Shown: in pieces, positions 25,927 to 26,065 of the stretch
Position numbering within the stretch: the stretch's first letter is position 1
Layout of the letters: each line of letters begins with the position of its first letter
DNA from: a virus
Taxonomy: Duplodnaviria > Caudoviricetes
IMG/VR virus record: IMGVR_UViG_3300011335_000201
Coordinates: 1 to 26,065 of that record
Direction: 5' to 3' (one strand)
DNA: 26,065 bases
Notes under the pieces: model-generated
The model's input: only the letters and a program-made list of their open reading frames with translations
The model's database searches: none
Told to the model about the DNA's origin: nothing
Made by a program: the position numbers and the translations under genes

Positions 25927-26065
25927 ATCAGTTACAGCAGTAGAGTGGTTGGTTGGTAAGATACTAACAAAAGACGAAATATACGATGATTATGGAAATG
26001 TAATAGGCTATAAATTAATTAACACTTTTACAAGTTCAGAGGACTTTTCAAAGTATGTTGAACAA
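25913..26065 (+). CDS. TAVEWL-motif small phage protein (3' truncated); not in ORF track
   Basis: MESNKSVTAVEWLVGKILTKDEIYDDYGNVIGYKLINTFTSSEDFSKYVEQ, open to the window end. Confidence 0.7.
   Translation, partial: MESNKSVTAVEWLVGKILTKDEIYDDYGNVIGYKLINTFTSSEDFSKYVEQ

Noticed and set aside
1-26065. Stop-codon reassignment, diversity-generating retroelement, intron/intein or lysogeny module
   Set aside because: Genes tile densely under the standard code and use all three stops. No reverse transcriptase, template/variable repeat pair, split gene, integrase or clear repressor was seen in this window.

Overview
This 26-kb window is part of a tailed dsDNA phage genome, most likely a siphovirus of Bacteroidota/Flavobacteria. 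The host inference rests on TAnnTTTG promoters, A-rich translation starts without Shine-Dalgarno sites, and a BT4734/VirE-N-type primase. Bases 1-17793 are the late region in non-canonical order: terminase 3' end, tail-tip genes, tape measure, fibre, an inverted pair of chaperone-like paralogues, protease/scaffold, capsid, tail tube, portal, adaptor, lysis genes and an exonuclease. Bases 17794-18025 are a palindrome-rich control region. Bases 18026-26065 hold early, replication and recombination genes: small ORFs, an HNH pair, a DnaA-domain-IV protein, an iteron-like origin, primase-helicase, VRR-NUC nuclease, ERF plus exonuclease, and a second HNH. The most notable signals are: (1) a phage-specific motif, AACA-N15/16-TAATATAGGT, abutting four late start codons, which suggests leaderless late mRNAs; (2) its overlap with a divergent host-type promoter; (3) a DnaA-IV gene beside TTATCGTCAC iterons; (4) an operator-like palindrome array; (5) cassette-like junctions around the terminal HNH. 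All product calls come from motif recognition by eye, with no database searches. No tRNA, rRNA, CRISPR array, integrase or reverse transcriptase was seen.
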